Source: a virus. From it: DNA of 64,000 bases. Position 1 is the first letter of the stretch; every line of letters begins with the position of its first letter. The notes under the pieces are model-generated. The model made no database searches, was not told where the DNA came from, and saw only the letters and a list, made by a program, of their open reading frames with translations. The position numbers were made by a program, and so were the translations under genes. Below, piece after piece: positions 1-10,255 of the stretch. The stretch lies in the IMG/VR virus record IMGVR_UViG_3300042534_000747; one strand, 5' to 3'.

Positions 1-13
1 ATAAACCTTTATA

Positions 14-283
14 TTATTCAGAAATTTGCACATGATTGAAAATGCTATTTGCTGTTTTCTGATAATCTTCTTCAGATTCATCAAGTGATTCACTATAATC
101 ACAAACATATTCCCATACCATGTTTTGTATGTCATTTGCATTTTCAACATTTATATTTGTGTATTTTTCATCTATCAAATCTTCTATTTTTTCAAGAATT
201 GTATCAATGATTCCTACAGCTTCTTCTTCTTTACCGTTAAAGTCTCCAATTGTATCAATTTGTGTTTCTTTGAAGTATTTCAT
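14..283 (-). CDS. Hypothetical acidic protein
   Basis: ORF; start moved from GTG 292 to ATG 283, which follows the TTGTAGGTG RBS at 290-298. Confidence 0.7.
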   Translation of the reverse strand: MKYFKETQIDTIGDFNGKEEEAVGIIDTILEKIEDLIDEKYTNINVENANDIQNMVWEYVCDYSESLDESEEDYQKTANSIFNHVQISE

Positions 284-448
284 ATTATTCACCTACAATA
301 TATCTTACGTGCCAATATTATATATAGTTTTGGCAAAATAGACGGATGTTTTGGCAATATTGTTTTTATTTAATGTTTGTTTTAAAAATGTTTATATAGT
401 ATGCAGTATTATTATAATTAATAGTAAATAAAATAAAAATGTGATAAA

Positions 449-715
449 ATGTTGTATAGAATTGTAGACTATGATATATATAAATATGATGGAACTTGGA
501 CTGTGAACAATGCAATGTATACTAATTTCACTATTGATATTAAAGAAAAAGATAGTGATGTAGAAATTTTTAAGAAGATGAAAGAAGTTGGATTTTTATC
601 AAGTGGTGCTAAATTTAAAAATTTGAATATTGATGGTGAATTTGGTTATAGTTTTTATGTTGACCATGAAACTTCAAGAGATTCAAAACCATTTTGTGAA
701 TTAAGACCTGAATAA
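449..715 (+). CDS. Hypothetical protein
   Basis: 88-aa ORF downstream of a TTTATATA box. Confidence 0.7.
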   Translation: MLYRIVDYDIYKYDGTWTVNNAMYTNFTIDIKEKDSDVEIFKKMKEVGFLSSGAKFKNLNIDGEFGYSFYVDHETSRDSKPFCELRPE

Positions 716-918
716 ATCAGGTCATTTTTATTTTTTATTATTATTTCTAGCTCATACTAATATGAAAGAAGAATTTCTATATTTATCACTTATAATACTA
801 TTATGTAATTTCAAAGTATATAAATATATGTTAAATTTAGCACATAACAAGTCAATGCATGTCATTAATCTTATATAAACATATATATAGATGTGATACA
901 AGGTGATATTGATAAAAA

Positions 919-1716
919 ATGTTTAATAAAAACGAGTTAATAAATATAATAGAAGATGAAATTAAATTATTTGAAGATTATGAATATTTTTATCCTACAA
1001 TTAGAGAATATAATAAAAAAATTATATTATATCTCGATGAAGGGTATAATTTTAGTGAAGCTCATAAAATCATTCTTAATGATATAGAAAATATCATGAG
1101 AGCATCACAACCATCAATTGAAAGAATAATTCAGGATACTGGTAAAAATATGGAACAAGCAAGAAAAACAATTGCAGGTTTGAATTTTCAAAGAATTGTT
1201 GCTTATTCATTAATGAATAATGTATTGTATGATAATATACCAGAAGTAGTTATTATGGTTGGGAAAAAGAGAGTGGAATTTAAAGATTTCATTAAAAGAC
1301 ATTTAACAATATTTGTAGGGGATGGAATACAAAAACCTGATAGTGATATCTTAATTTTCAATCCAAATAAAGAAGATACACCAATTATGATAATTTCTTG
1401 TAAAACATCATTGAGAGAAAGAGCAGGACAAACATATAGATGGAAATTGCTTTATGATTTGGCAAAAACTGATTGTGAACATTATAAATGTGAAAAATCA
1501 TGTCCAAAAAATAAATATGGTGTAACTATTGATAATGATAGAGATATTATAGTTGGATTTATAACTACAGATTTTTATAATGAAATAGATAGACCACAAA
1601 ATAAAGGGATGATGGATTTTTTTGATTTTACATTTGTTGGAAAAAAAATAATAGATAAGAACAATATTAAAAGTTTAGATGGAATTGTTGACTATATCAA
1701 TAATGTTTTTAACTAA
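919..1716 (+). CDS. Type II restriction endonuclease, BsaWI/CCGG-family (PD-(D/E)XK)
   Basis: KPDSD and ISCKTSLRERAGQ motifs; KxSLRER is typical of CCGG-family enzymes (BsaWI, Ecl18kI, EcoRII-C). Confidence 0.85.
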   Translation: MFNKNELINIIEDEIKLFEDYEYFYPTIREYNKKIILYLDEGYNFSEAHKIILNDIENIMRASQPSIERIIQDTGKNMEQARKTIAGLNFQRIVAYSLMNNVLYDNIPEVVIMVGKKRVEFKDFIKRHLTIFVGDGIQKPDSDILIFNPNKEDTPIMIISCKTSLRERAGQTYRWKLLYDLAKTDCEHYKCEKSCPKNKYGVTIDNDRDIIVGFITTDFYNEIDRPQNKGMMDFFDFTFVGKKIIDKNNIKSLDGIVDYINNVFN

Positions 1717-1890
1717 ATATTTTTTTACCTTTTATTTTGTTATTGTTTTACCTAAAGTTATATAATTATTGCAACATGGAGATAAATATTTATCATTGTA
1801 GCATTGTAGTGATATACTTAATTCAGATGTGGATTCTATTACTTTTTTTCTACATTTTAAACATATACCTGTATAATAAGTTTTTCAGTT

Positions 1891-2493
1891 TCATTCATAG
1901 AGTTTAGTTCCTCCATATTCAATTCTTGCATGGCAACATCTTGTATGATAGGGTTTATTTACTCTTGTCATTACAGTGGATTTTCTAGCATAAGCAACTA
2001 CTATTTTTTTACAATTCATGCATAATCCTGTATGTAATATTCTTTTATCAGGTATGATTCCATGAATAGATGTAGGAATAGATGCTTTATTATAGGCATA
2101 TGGCACATTGTTTAAACTTCCACAATGTTTAAATTCTCTACCATGTGCATTTACATGATTACCGTAACGTTCATAGGTGTACCAATGGTTGAGTTCGTGT
2201 AAGAGGATACCGTTTATTACATCTTCACCTGCATCATATATTTCTTTTCTTATTTGTACTCTGACTGCTGAATATTTTGACAAAAATGTTTTATTTGTTC
2301 TTAAATCATGAATTGGTATTCCACCTTTTTCACAATTTATTTTGATTCTGCCTAGCCATGAAGCTTTTTGATGAACAATTTCAATAGGAATATCATAATC
2401 CATTTCCCATTTGAAATTATGAATGAGTAAATAATTTATTTTATTTCTTGTTAAAATTACAAGTTCATGTTCAGGGTCTTTTATTATAACCAT
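1891..2493 (-). CDS. SprT-like zinc metalloprotease
   Basis: LLHELNHW (HExxH) plus HGREFK; C-terminal CxxC...CC Zn module. Confidence 0.85.
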   Translation of the reverse strand: MVIIKDPEHELVILTRNKINYLLIHNFKWEMDYDIPIEIVHQKASWLGRIKINCEKGGIPIHDLRTNKTFLSKYSAVRVQIRKEIYDAGEDVINGILLHELNHWYTYERYGNHVNAHGREFKHCGSLNNVPYAYNKASIPTSIHGIIPDKRILHTGLCMNCKKIVVAYARKSTVMTRVNKPYHTRCCHARIEYGGTKLYE

Positions 2494-2559
2494 GAAATAA
2501 ATATAATTTAAGAGTATATAAAGGTAGTTAGAATAGATGATAGTGAAAAAAGAAAAAGA

Positions 2560-2916
2560 TTATATATTGATTACTGATTCATTAATTTGCAAATGATATG
2601 AATCAAAGTATTTGCATTCATATGAATTTAGCCAATTGTCAATAACTACTATATTTTCATCTGAATATGTTATTGTATCAGGAATTTCATTTTTACTATA
2701 AAAAGATAAATCGAATGTTACTATTTCTTTATTTATTTCATAAATTACGATTTCTGTTTCTGGATTATAGCTTAATACATTACCTGTTTTTGAACTTTGT
2801 AAATTCCATGTTTCTGTATAATCAATAAAAATTACAAAACATATTGCTATCAATAAAAATATTGCTATTAATGAAAATATTATATGTAAAATTTTATGCT
2901 TATTTTTTTTAAACAT
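2560..2916 (-). CDS. Membrane-anchored hypothetical protein
   Basis: Basic N-terminus plus one hydrophobic helix; TTGTAGGTG RBS at 2924-2932. Confidence 0.7.
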   Translation of the reverse strand: MFKKNKHKILHIIFSLIAIFLLIAICFVIFIDYTETWNLQSSKTGNVLSYNPETEIVIYEINKEIVTFDLSFYSKNEIPDTITYSDENIVVIDNWLNSYECKYFDSYHLQINESVINI

Positions 2917-2995
2917 TTTTTAACACCTACAATGCTATACAATGGTGTCAAAGTATATAAATGTTTTGAAAAAAAGGAAAAAGAATTATTTAAGA

Positions 2996-3535
2996 TTATT
3001 CTTTTTTATTTTGGAAATACTTAATTTGTTCTGCATAATAAGTAAATACTTCTCCTTCACGACAATATTGTTCTATTAAAGGATAATAATTATTTTTATT
3101 TTTTAATCTGTCTTTTAGATTTGATGGCATTAATATAACAAATTCATAATCATCTTCTTTAAAATCAATTATAATACCTTTTATTTCACAACGTAAAATC
3201 TCTTTATCATATTCACCAGTATTAAAATTATAACCTATTCCTAAATGAATATCTTTATATTTTGTTAATTTTACACCTGTTGTTTTTTCAAATTGTTTTA
3301 TTACATCTATTGGTGTAATTTCTAAATTTCTAATTCGTCTTAATGTATCATCATATACTTTTACAAAAAATTCAGTATTTTCAATACTTATATAAAATAT
3401 TCTATCATAAACATTTCCATGTGTTAAATTTATATATTCTTGTTCTTGCATTTTCATTTTCATCATTTCCTTATAAACATTTTTTGCCGTAATTAAAATC
3501 TTTTTCTGAATTTTTAAGTGCATCAATAAATTCAA
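2996..3535 (-). CDS. Hypothetical protein (true start probably further downstream)
   Basis: ORF in minus-strand block; N-terminus overlaps the next gene. Confidence 0.65.
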   Translation of the reverse strand: MNLLMHLKIQKKILITAKNVYKEMMKMKMQEQEYINLTHGNVYDRIFYISIENTEFFVKVYDDTLRRIRNLEITPIDVIKQFEKTTGVKLTKYKDIHLGIGYNFNTGEYDKEILRCEIKGIIIDFKEDDYEFVILMPSNLKDRLKNKNNYYPLIEQYCREGEVFTYYAEQIKYFQNKKE

Positions 3536-3653
3536 GATTATGCATTTTCATAACATGATTGATGCAATTTTTATAACGTTTGAATTCTTTGCCACAAATT
3601 TTACATTTTCCTTTAAATATTGCATATCCTCTAGGCATTTCATTCATCCTCAT
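3471..3653 (-). CDS. C2H2 zinc-finger protein
   Basis: CKICGKEFKRYKNCINHVMKMH. Confidence 0.65.
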   Translation of the reverse strand: MRMNEMPRGYAIFKGKCKICGKEFKRYKNCINHVMKMHNLEFIDALKNSEKDFNYGKKCL

Positions 3654-4707
3654 GTGGTACGATTCTTATAACACCATTACCATCACAACCATAGCATCTA
3701 TCCATATCCATACGATTCCATGAATATCTACCTGTGCCACCACAACGCTCACATACTTCATATTTGCCTGTTGCAACTAGTCTTTCAATTCTTTTTTCAC
3801 GTTCACTTAATTTAAATTCTTTTTTACGTCTGGATTCTTCCATTAGTTTTTTACGTTCTTCAACTTCTTCTTGTCTTACTTTTTCCCAATGTTCATCAGA
3901 TTTTTGTTTCATATCTATGAAGAATAACATTTTAGCTTTATCTGTCATGCCGTAACTTTCGTAATCTAATTCCAAACCTTTGGAAAGGCATTCATTTTTA
4001 TATTCTTCTGTACATTTACCACATAGATTAAGGTTTTCTGGTTTAGTGAAAAAATAAGAAACTTCATTATTGCATTTGTCACATTTTATGTCAGGTTTGT
4101 TGATTATTATTTGGTATGCTAATACTTTCCAGAATTTTGCAAGATTCTTTTTAATATGTTTAATTTGATTTTCTGAATAATTATATTCTGGTTTATTATC
4201 ATTTACATATTGACCAAAATAATCATGATAATTTCTATACATAATATGAGCATCATCATATGAATCACTATCTTGATAGAAATATTTGAAATCATCTACT
4301 CTTTTAACTATTTCTTTGAATTTTGGAAGGTAGATTAGTTTTAATTCTATTTCAGAAGCTTTTACAATGTTGTTTATTAGTTGGTCTTGATAGTCATAAA
4401 TTGACATAGGACTATCTTTTTTTGGCTTTATAATGATATTGGAAGGTGAAGGTGAATTGGTAGGTGTAATAGGAGTTTTAGGGATTCTGCTTTTTGGAAG
4501 TGCAAAACGGTAAATTTCCACTTCATCTAAAGTTGTGTGATTTGAAGTATATTCTGAAAGAGCATAAACTTGTTTGTCTTTTAGATATTTAATTTGAGCA
4601 ATTTCTTGCCATGTTTTTTTGTTTAAATCATCAGTGAAACGAATTCCTAATGTATTTAGTTTTTCAATTGTGGCTTTACCAATGCCTTTTATATTTGAAA
4701 TGTTCAT
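3640..4707 (-). CDS. Helix-hairpin-helix DNA-binding protein with C-terminal CxxCxGxG zinc finger
   Basis: IKGIGKATIEKL HhH; CxxC...CxxC; CERCGGTG...CYGCDGNG. Confidence 0.75.
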   Translation of the reverse strand: MNISNIKGIGKATIEKLNTLGIRFTDDLNKKTWQEIAQIKYLKDKQVYALSEYTSNHTTLDEVEIYRFALPKSRIPKTPITPTNSPSPSNIIIKPKKDSPMSIYDYQDQLINNIVKASEIELKLIYLPKFKEIVKRVDDFKYFYQDSDSYDDAHIMYRNYHDYFGQYVNDNKPEYNYSENQIKHIKKNLAKFWKVLAYQIIINKPDIKCDKCNNEVSYFFTKPENLNLCGKCTEEYKNECLSKGLELDYESYGMTDKAKMLFFIDMKQKSDEHWEKVRQEEVEERKKLMEESRRKKEFKLSEREKRIERLVATGKYEVCERCGGTGRYSWNRMDMDRCYGCDGNGVIRIVPHEDE

Positions 4708-4823
4708 ATAAATATATTCCTTTGTAAGTATATAAAGTTTTTTAGAATTAATAGGGATTAATTATGTAATACAATAGATAAGTGTCATTTTATTTAAATG
4801 TTTTGAAAAAAAAAGAAAATAAG

Positions 4824-5651
4824 TTAATTAGTAATTGATTCGCCTGAAATTATGTAAGAATTGCAACAGGGAGATAGATATTCATCATTATAATATTGCA
4901 ATGTTATATTTAATTTAGATGTTGATTTAACAACAGGTTTTCTACAATTTAAACAATATCCTACATAATAAGTTTGTTTTTTAGATATTGGAATTGGTTT
5001 AGATATTGGAATTGGTTTTGACTTAGATTCAGGTAATGATACTTGATTTGAATCTACTATACCAAGTCCATCATATCTTATTTTAGCATGACAGCATTGT
5101 GTAATAGATGTTCTACTCATTTCAGTGACTTCTTTTTTAGTTTTTCTCAAACATATTAATGTATTGCATTTTTTACATCTTCCGACATGATATTTAATTT
5201 GATTAGGTTTTAAATTTATAAAATTTGCTTTATTATAATTATCCTCTAAACCATTTAATTTACCACATTTTTTAAATTCTATTCCATGTGGTTGAACATC
5301 TATGCTATAAAGTTCGTAAGTGTACCAATGATTTAACTCATGAATTAATATTTGTTCTAAATCATGTTCAGGATTATCAAAAATATTTTCTCTTATGTCT
5401 ATAGATATTGGTAAATAGTTTGCATGAAATTGTCTTTTATTTCTATTATCAATTATTACAATATCATTACCTTCAGGCATATATGTATACATTCTTAAAG
5501 TTGCCATTGTTTTTTTATTTTTAATAATATTAATCGGAATTTGATAATTAATTTCCCATTTTAAATTATTTTTAAGTAAATAATTAATTTTATTTTGTAT
5601 TTCATTTTGTATATTCATAACATCACTTTTTTGATTTACGATAAAATTCAT
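4824..5651 (-). CDS. SprT-like zinc metalloprotease (paralog of 1891-2493)
   Basis: LIHELNHWYTYE and HGIEFK; two C-terminal CxxC...CC modules. Confidence 0.85.
   Translation of the reverse strand: MNFIVNQKSDVMNIQNEIQNKINYLLKNNLKWEINYQIPINIIKNKKTMATLRMYTYMPEGNDIVIIDNRNKRQFHANYLPISIDIRENIFDNPEHDLEQILIHELNHWYTYELYSIDVQPHGIEFKKCGKLNGLEDNYNKANFINLKPNQIKYHVGRCKKCNTLICLRKTKKEVTEMSRTSITQCCHAKIRYDGLGIVDSNQVSLPESKSKPIPISKPIPISKKQTYYVGYCLNCRKPVVKSTSKLNITLQYYNDEYLSPCCNSYIISGESITN
4981..5016. repeat. 18-bp perfect tandem repeat x2 inside the SprT-like CDS
   Basis: TTAGATATTGGAATTGGT twice; encodes a KPIPIS repeat in the linker. Confidence 0.9.
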
Positions 5652-5841
5652 AATCTTTTGAAAGTGCTTTTGATACTGGAACTTTGCGTTGTTTGGCTAA
5701 ATGAACAATTGCTAAATAAGATTGTTCTCTAGTCCATGTTTGAGTGCCTTTGAATAAGCTTTCAGTTAATACATTATCAATGTCTTTAGCTGTAAATTTC
5801 TTTCTTTTTGGATAAGTTCTTGCTATATCTTCATACATCAT
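5623..5841 (-). CDS. Small basic hypothetical protein
   Basis: 72-aa ORF with GGTGA RBS. Confidence 0.55.
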   Translation of the reverse strand: MMYEDIARTYPKRKKFTAKDIDNVLTESLFKGTQTWTREQSYLAIVHLAKQRKVPVSKALSKDYEFYRKSKK

Positions 5842-5979
5842 TTTTATTCACCTTTTTAGAATTTTGCTTTTAGTTTCTTATATTAAATATTTCTTTTCAT
5901 CATTATTTATATAACTAATTATAAATAAATTTAATAGTATATAAATATTTTTAAAAAAGATAAGGGTTAAAAAAAGAAT

Positions 5980-8025
5980 TTACTTCTTTGAGTTGAAGTA
6001 AATTAAAGATACAATTAGTAATATTCCTAATGAAATTAATATATTTGAATATTCTTTTAATTTATCAAATGCATTTGTTGAATCTACAATATTTGAAATT
6101 GTTGAATTGTTAGTAGTTTCAATTATAGGTGTTGGTGTTTCTAATGTTGAACTTCCTGAACTTTCACTAGGTGAATCATCTTCAACTGCATTAGGGTCAT
6201 TACATGTGATATCCCATGTATTGATTTGTTCAAGCCAATCATTTGAATTGTAGGAATATAGGGCTATTGTATGCAGTCCTGTTGTTTCTAATGTAATATC
6301 GCATGATGGTGAAGTTGTGATTGTATCAGTTTCATATAATTCATCATCTAAATACCATTCATGAGTAGATAATGAATCAAATGTTTTTGTGAAAATTCCA
6401 GTGGTGTTTAAGAGTAATGTTCTTGTATTTTCATCTACATTGAAATATGTAGCTCCTGCTGTAATATCATATAAATTTAAATTATCTTCATAGATGAGCA
6501 ATGAATCTGTTGTTGAAGTAATTCCTAATTCTGCACCATCTAATTTTATTTCACTATTTGTAATGTCTGTTGATGGCATATTGTTTGTGATACTTGCTTT
6601 TATATCACTTTCAATTGAAGTGTATTCAATTGAAGGGTTAATTTCATAGGATGAATATACTTTTACCCAATCTATGTATATTTTGTCAGTTTGGACAATA
6701 TAAGCATTTCTCCAATAAATGAATAAATCTCCACCGCTTGCAGTTGTATATATACGGATATAATCTAATTGACTAAAATCAATTGTTCCACCTGATGTTG
6801 CCATAGTTGAAAGTGGAATTGTAAAAGTTTGCCAATCTGATGTTACTCCTAATCTTTGTATAGGTGTTCCATAATTTATTTCTTCAACATCACATGTTCC
6901 ACTACTTGATAATTCTAATGCACCACTACCTACTGCTGCATAAGAAGGGTTGTTACATTTTATATCAATAATTAAATAACCATCTTCTTTTGTAACACTT
7001 GATGCATCTACAGGTGTGAAAGCCATTTGTGCAACTGCTGCTGAACCAGATGGAGCATTACCACTTACTTCAGTTGAAGTGTATAATGTAATTTTTGGAA
7101 TAGAACCTTGTATAAATGATAATTCTTGTGCTATTGGATTTATATTGAAATTATGTGTTGCTAATAAGGAGTTGCCTTGATATGCATTTACTTCAGTTGC
7201 TTTTCTTTCAATTTTGTAAGTGTTATAATTAGTAGGGGTTGTTAATGTAAGTGAAGTATCTTCAGTATCTAATAAAGTGGAATGGGTAGTAAACATTGCT
7301 TGATTTGGTGAAGGTGTAGAATATATAGAACCACCATAACCATTATCTAAAAATGTTTGATAACGTTGGTTGTTGTCATACCATTTTGCTTTTGCTTCTA
7401 TTGTGCATGGAGCACTAAAAGAATTATCTGATATTAAAGAACCAGATATATCAGTTGGAGTTCCTCTTAGAATGAAATTATCACTATCAAAACTTAAATA
7501 ATCACCATTTTCCATATGCCATTTTGATGCATCCATTGAACCAGTATTAAATTCATCTATGAATGGTAAAATGGTATTGGTAGGGGTGTATCCTGAAGTA
7601 TCAGATATAATTAAATTATTTATGCTGCTTGCAATGATAGTTTCATCTATCCATACATCTAGTTCTTCATCTATAAAATATGGAATTGGAGATGCACTAC
7701 TTAGGTCTGATTCAGAAGCAGTTATGTCAATTCCCCATTTTTCATAGATGATTGTGGATGTTGATGTGGTGTCTAATTGTAGTTTTAGAGTTGTAGGGTC
7801 AGCATCAAATGAATATTCTTGTAACAGTTCATTACCTGAAACGTCATAATATTTTACATTTGAAAAATCAGATTCCATTCCATCAGTTAATGTTCTGGTT
7901 ATTTGGATTATTGAATCTGTAGATGTAACTGTATCAGTGATTGTTATTTCTCTAAAATAGGACTCTTCTTCACCATTTAGCAAAGTTGCTAAATTTAAAT
8001 GTGTGATAGAAAATAATCCTATCAT
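5980..8025 (-). CDS. Cell-surface protein (DUF2341-like N-terminus, lectin/CBM-like beta domains, S/T-rich linker, C-terminal TM anchor)
   Basis: S/T-rich beta-strand sequence; C-terminal ILISLGILLIVSLIYFNSKK; an in-frame signal-peptide-like extension lies upstream of the ATG. Confidence 0.8.
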   Translation of the reverse strand: MIGLFSITHLNLATLLNGEEESYFREITITDTVTSTDSIIQITRTLTDGMESDFSNVKYYDVSGNELLQEYSFDADPTTLKLQLDTTSTSTIIYEKWGIDITASESDLSSASPIPYFIDEELDVWIDETIIASSINNLIISDTSGYTPTNTILPFIDEFNTGSMDASKWHMENGDYLSFDSDNFILRGTPTDISGSLISDNSFSAPCTIEAKAKWYDNNQRYQTFLDNGYGGSIYSTPSPNQAMFTTHSTLLDTEDTSLTLTTPTNYNTYKIERKATEVNAYQGNSLLATHNFNINPIAQELSFIQGSIPKITLYTSTEVSGNAPSGSAAVAQMAFTPVDASSVTKEDGYLIIDIKCNNPSYAAVGSGALELSSSGTCDVEEINYGTPIQRLGVTSDWQTFTIPLSTMATSGGTIDFSQLDYIRIYTTASGGDLFIYWRNAYIVQTDKIYIDWVKVYSSYEINPSIEYTSIESDIKASITNNMPSTDITNSEIKLDGAELGITSTTDSLLIYEDNLNLYDITAGATYFNVDENTRTLLLNTTGIFTKTFDSLSTHEWYLDDELYETDTITTSPSCDITLETTGLHTIALYSYNSNDWLEQINTWDITCNDPNAVEDDSPSESSGSSTLETPTPIIETTNNSTISNIVDSTNAFDKLKEYSNILISLGILLIVSLIYFNSKK

Positions 8026-8155
8026 TGATAGAAGAAGGATAATGAAAAATGTTTTTTTAGTTATTTTTATGATAAAAACTCCATAAACTTATATAAAGTA
8101 ATATAAAATTTATTAGTATATAAGCGTATGGATATTAGTTGTTGAGTAATTATTT

Positions 8156-8434
8156 TTATAAATCATTGATTGTTTTTGATTTTTTGTCATTGAATGATAA
8201 ATTGATTGAGTTATTAAGGTCTTGTTGAATGGTTTGTTTATATGAAAATATAGAGCATTTGTTATTGAAATAAGTAAATGTTGGTTTTTCTAAATAACAT
8301 AGGAAAGTTTTTATTGTGGTTATTCCTTCAAGTATTTGTTTATTTTTTTCATTTCTACTGTAGAGGACATTTTCAATTTCTTTTTCTTTGCAATAAATGC
8401 AATTTTTGCATATTCTCTTTTGTTTTTCAGACAT
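8156..8434 (-). CDS. Cys-containing hypothetical protein
   Basis: CKNCIYC motif; translationally coupled to the upstream gene. Confidence 0.6.
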   Translation of the reverse strand: MSEKQKRICKNCIYCKEKEIENVLYSRNEKNKQILEGITTIKTFLCYLEKPTFTYFNNKCSIFSYKQTIQQDLNNSINLSFNDKKSKTINDL

Positions 8435-8724
8435 TATTTTTCACCATAGGTTGATATTAAGAATGAATTTGCCATTACTGAGCCAATTAGAGCAGATGTA
8501 ATGTTATTTTTGGCAATATGATAATGAGGGATGTTGTCTACAATTGTTTTAATGGTGATGATGCCATTGAATTGAAGTTCTTCAAGTTTTTTAGAAAGAT
8601 AATTTGGATGAATCATTGTATAATTGCTTATTTCTTCTATAGTGTAGGCAAATGCTGCATTTTCAGCTAAGAAATCAATTATTTGAATTTCTGGTGTTAT
8701 CCCTAAAAAATGTTGTAGTGACAT
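8434..8724 (-). CDS. Winged-helix transcription regulator (archaeal ArsR/MarR-like)
   Basis: PEIQIIDFLAEN...YTIEEIS...LSKKLEELQFNGII pattern. Confidence 0.75.
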   Translation of the reverse strand: MSLQHFLGITPEIQIIDFLAENAAFAYTIEEISNYTMIHPNYLSKKLEELQFNGIITIKTIVDNIPHYHIAKNNITSALIGSVMANSFLISTYGEK

Positions 8725-8732
8725 AATATTAC

Positions 8733-9113
8733 CTAATTGTTTATTGAAATAATTGGAAGTTTAATTATTTTGAATTGGAATTGTTTTTTGAGTTTTCTCA
8801 TTGTTATAGTATCATAAGGGTGTTTTTCAGCTAATCTATCTTTAATTCTGTTGATGTCGTTGACATCAATTGCATTTGTTATTAGATGTGTAATTGCATA
8901 TTCATGATTTTGAGGGAAATCAACTAGGAGAAATTGAGTTTCCTTTTTAAAATTATTTTTAGCAATTGTGTATTTATTACATGATTTATTAGTTATTGAT
9001 AAAACTCTTGCAAATTCATTGAAATGTTTGGTTTTGAACTTGTTAACATCATTAATGTTTACAATGTCACCTTCTTTTAAAGATGATATTACATAAAATT
9101 TATTTTCCATCAT
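8733..9113 (-). CDS. Hypothetical protein
   Basis: 126-aa ORF in operon. Confidence 0.65.
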   Translation of the reverse strand: MMENKFYVISSLKEGDIVNINDVNKFKTKHFNEFARVLSITNKSCNKYTIAKNNFKKETQFLLVDFPQNHEYAITHLITNAIDVNDINRIKDRLAEKHPYDTITMRKLKKQFQFKIIKLPIISINN

Positions 9114-9160
9114 AGTAAGTCAGTTAATGTATTTCATGTTATTTAAAATTAACTAAAATT

Positions 9161-9808
9161 TTAGTTATGTAATTTATCATCAAATTCTTCATTAATCCAT
9201 TTTCCCATAAGAGTTTTTGATTCATCAGTAATTAATGATGGATTATTTGATATTTCATCAATTGAATAATTTGATTGAATAGAGCCATAATTTTTGATTA
9301 CTATTCCTTCAATTTTATCTGCACCTAATATAGATTTACGATTAGCAAGAATTGTCATTATTTGATGAATTTCAGATATTGATGGTGCTATAGGGAAGTG
9401 TAATTTACCAATTTGCAATTTAGGGTTATGGTGAGGATATATGACAGGCTCATAGCCTTCTACTTCAATTATTCTATCGAATATTATATGTGAACCTTCA
9501 GTGAAATCAGTGTATTTTATAATGTGGTCATGTACACTATTTTTACATGAAATATCTTCAAACATTTTCGTTATTCTGTAAGAATTATATTTTGAATCTT
9601 CAATATTTAGATAAATTTTAGAACCCATTTTCCCATCGATTTTTTCATGAAATTCAACTGTACCTGTAAACAATTTTTGTATTTGTTCATTATTTAGGTA
9701 ACGTTTTGTTGGATTGAATAAACCATGAGGTATTCTAAGAATATGAGAATGATACCAAGATTCAAGTTGTCCTTTTGTTTTCATATTTTTCACCAATAAG
9801 GAATACAA
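9161..9808 (-). CDS. ATP-dependent RNA ligase family protein (Rnl2-like adenylyltransferase domain only)
   Basis: Motif I EKIDG, motif IIIa IFD, motif IV EGIVIKNY, motif V GKWINEEF. Confidence 0.8.
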   Translation of the reverse strand: MYSLLVKNMKTKGQLESWYHSHILRIPHGLFNPTKRYLNNEQIQKLFTGTVEFHEKIDGKMGSKIYLNIEDSKYNSYRITKMFEDISCKNSVHDHIIKYTDFTEGSHIIFDRIIEVEGYEPVIYPHHNPKLQIGKLHFPIAPSISEIHQIMTILANRKSILGADKIEGIVIKNYGSIQSNYSIDEISNNPSLITDESKTLMGKWINEEFDDKLHN

Positions 9809-9931
9809 TGGTATTAATGTTATTTAATGGTTTGTGAAATAAATCAGGAAATGTTTATGTTTGCAACTAAAAGTATATATAAGATGGTTGCATAGTAGTA
9901 TTGTCGAAAGACGAAATGTAGGTGAATAATA

Positions 9932-10228
9932 ATGGATAAGAATACAATTAGCGAAATGGAAAAAGAATCTAGTGATATGTGGAATATGGCAAAAACTATT
10001 GAACCTGATATGACAGGTGGAAAGCCAACAGACAGTGGAAAATTTGTGAAGCACTATCAATATGATGCTTACAATCAGGTTTACGTTGAATTGTATGAAA
10101 ATGGTGCTCTTTTTGTTTATGTGCCAACTGGAAGGAATGAATGGTATTATAACAAACAGTTGGCTTTTAATAAGGCAAAGATGCTAGGTGGTAGAGCTAA
10201 GAATTTGAATAAGATGTTTGGGTTTTGA
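9932..10228 (+). CDS. Hypothetical protein
   Basis: TATA box and TGTAGGTGA RBS upstream. Confidence 0.7.
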   Translation: MDKNTISEMEKESSDMWNMAKTIEPDMTGGKPTDSGKFVKHYQYDAYNQVYVELYENGALFVYVPTGRNEWYYNKQLAFNKAKMLGGRAKNLNKMFGF

Positions 10229-10255
10229 ACCCATTTTTTATAAAGGTGATGATTA

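Noticed and set aside
1780-1793. Perfect 14-bp palindrome GATAAATATTTATC
   Set aside because: Almost all A/T, isolated, and plausible by chance or as part of a terminator between convergent genes.
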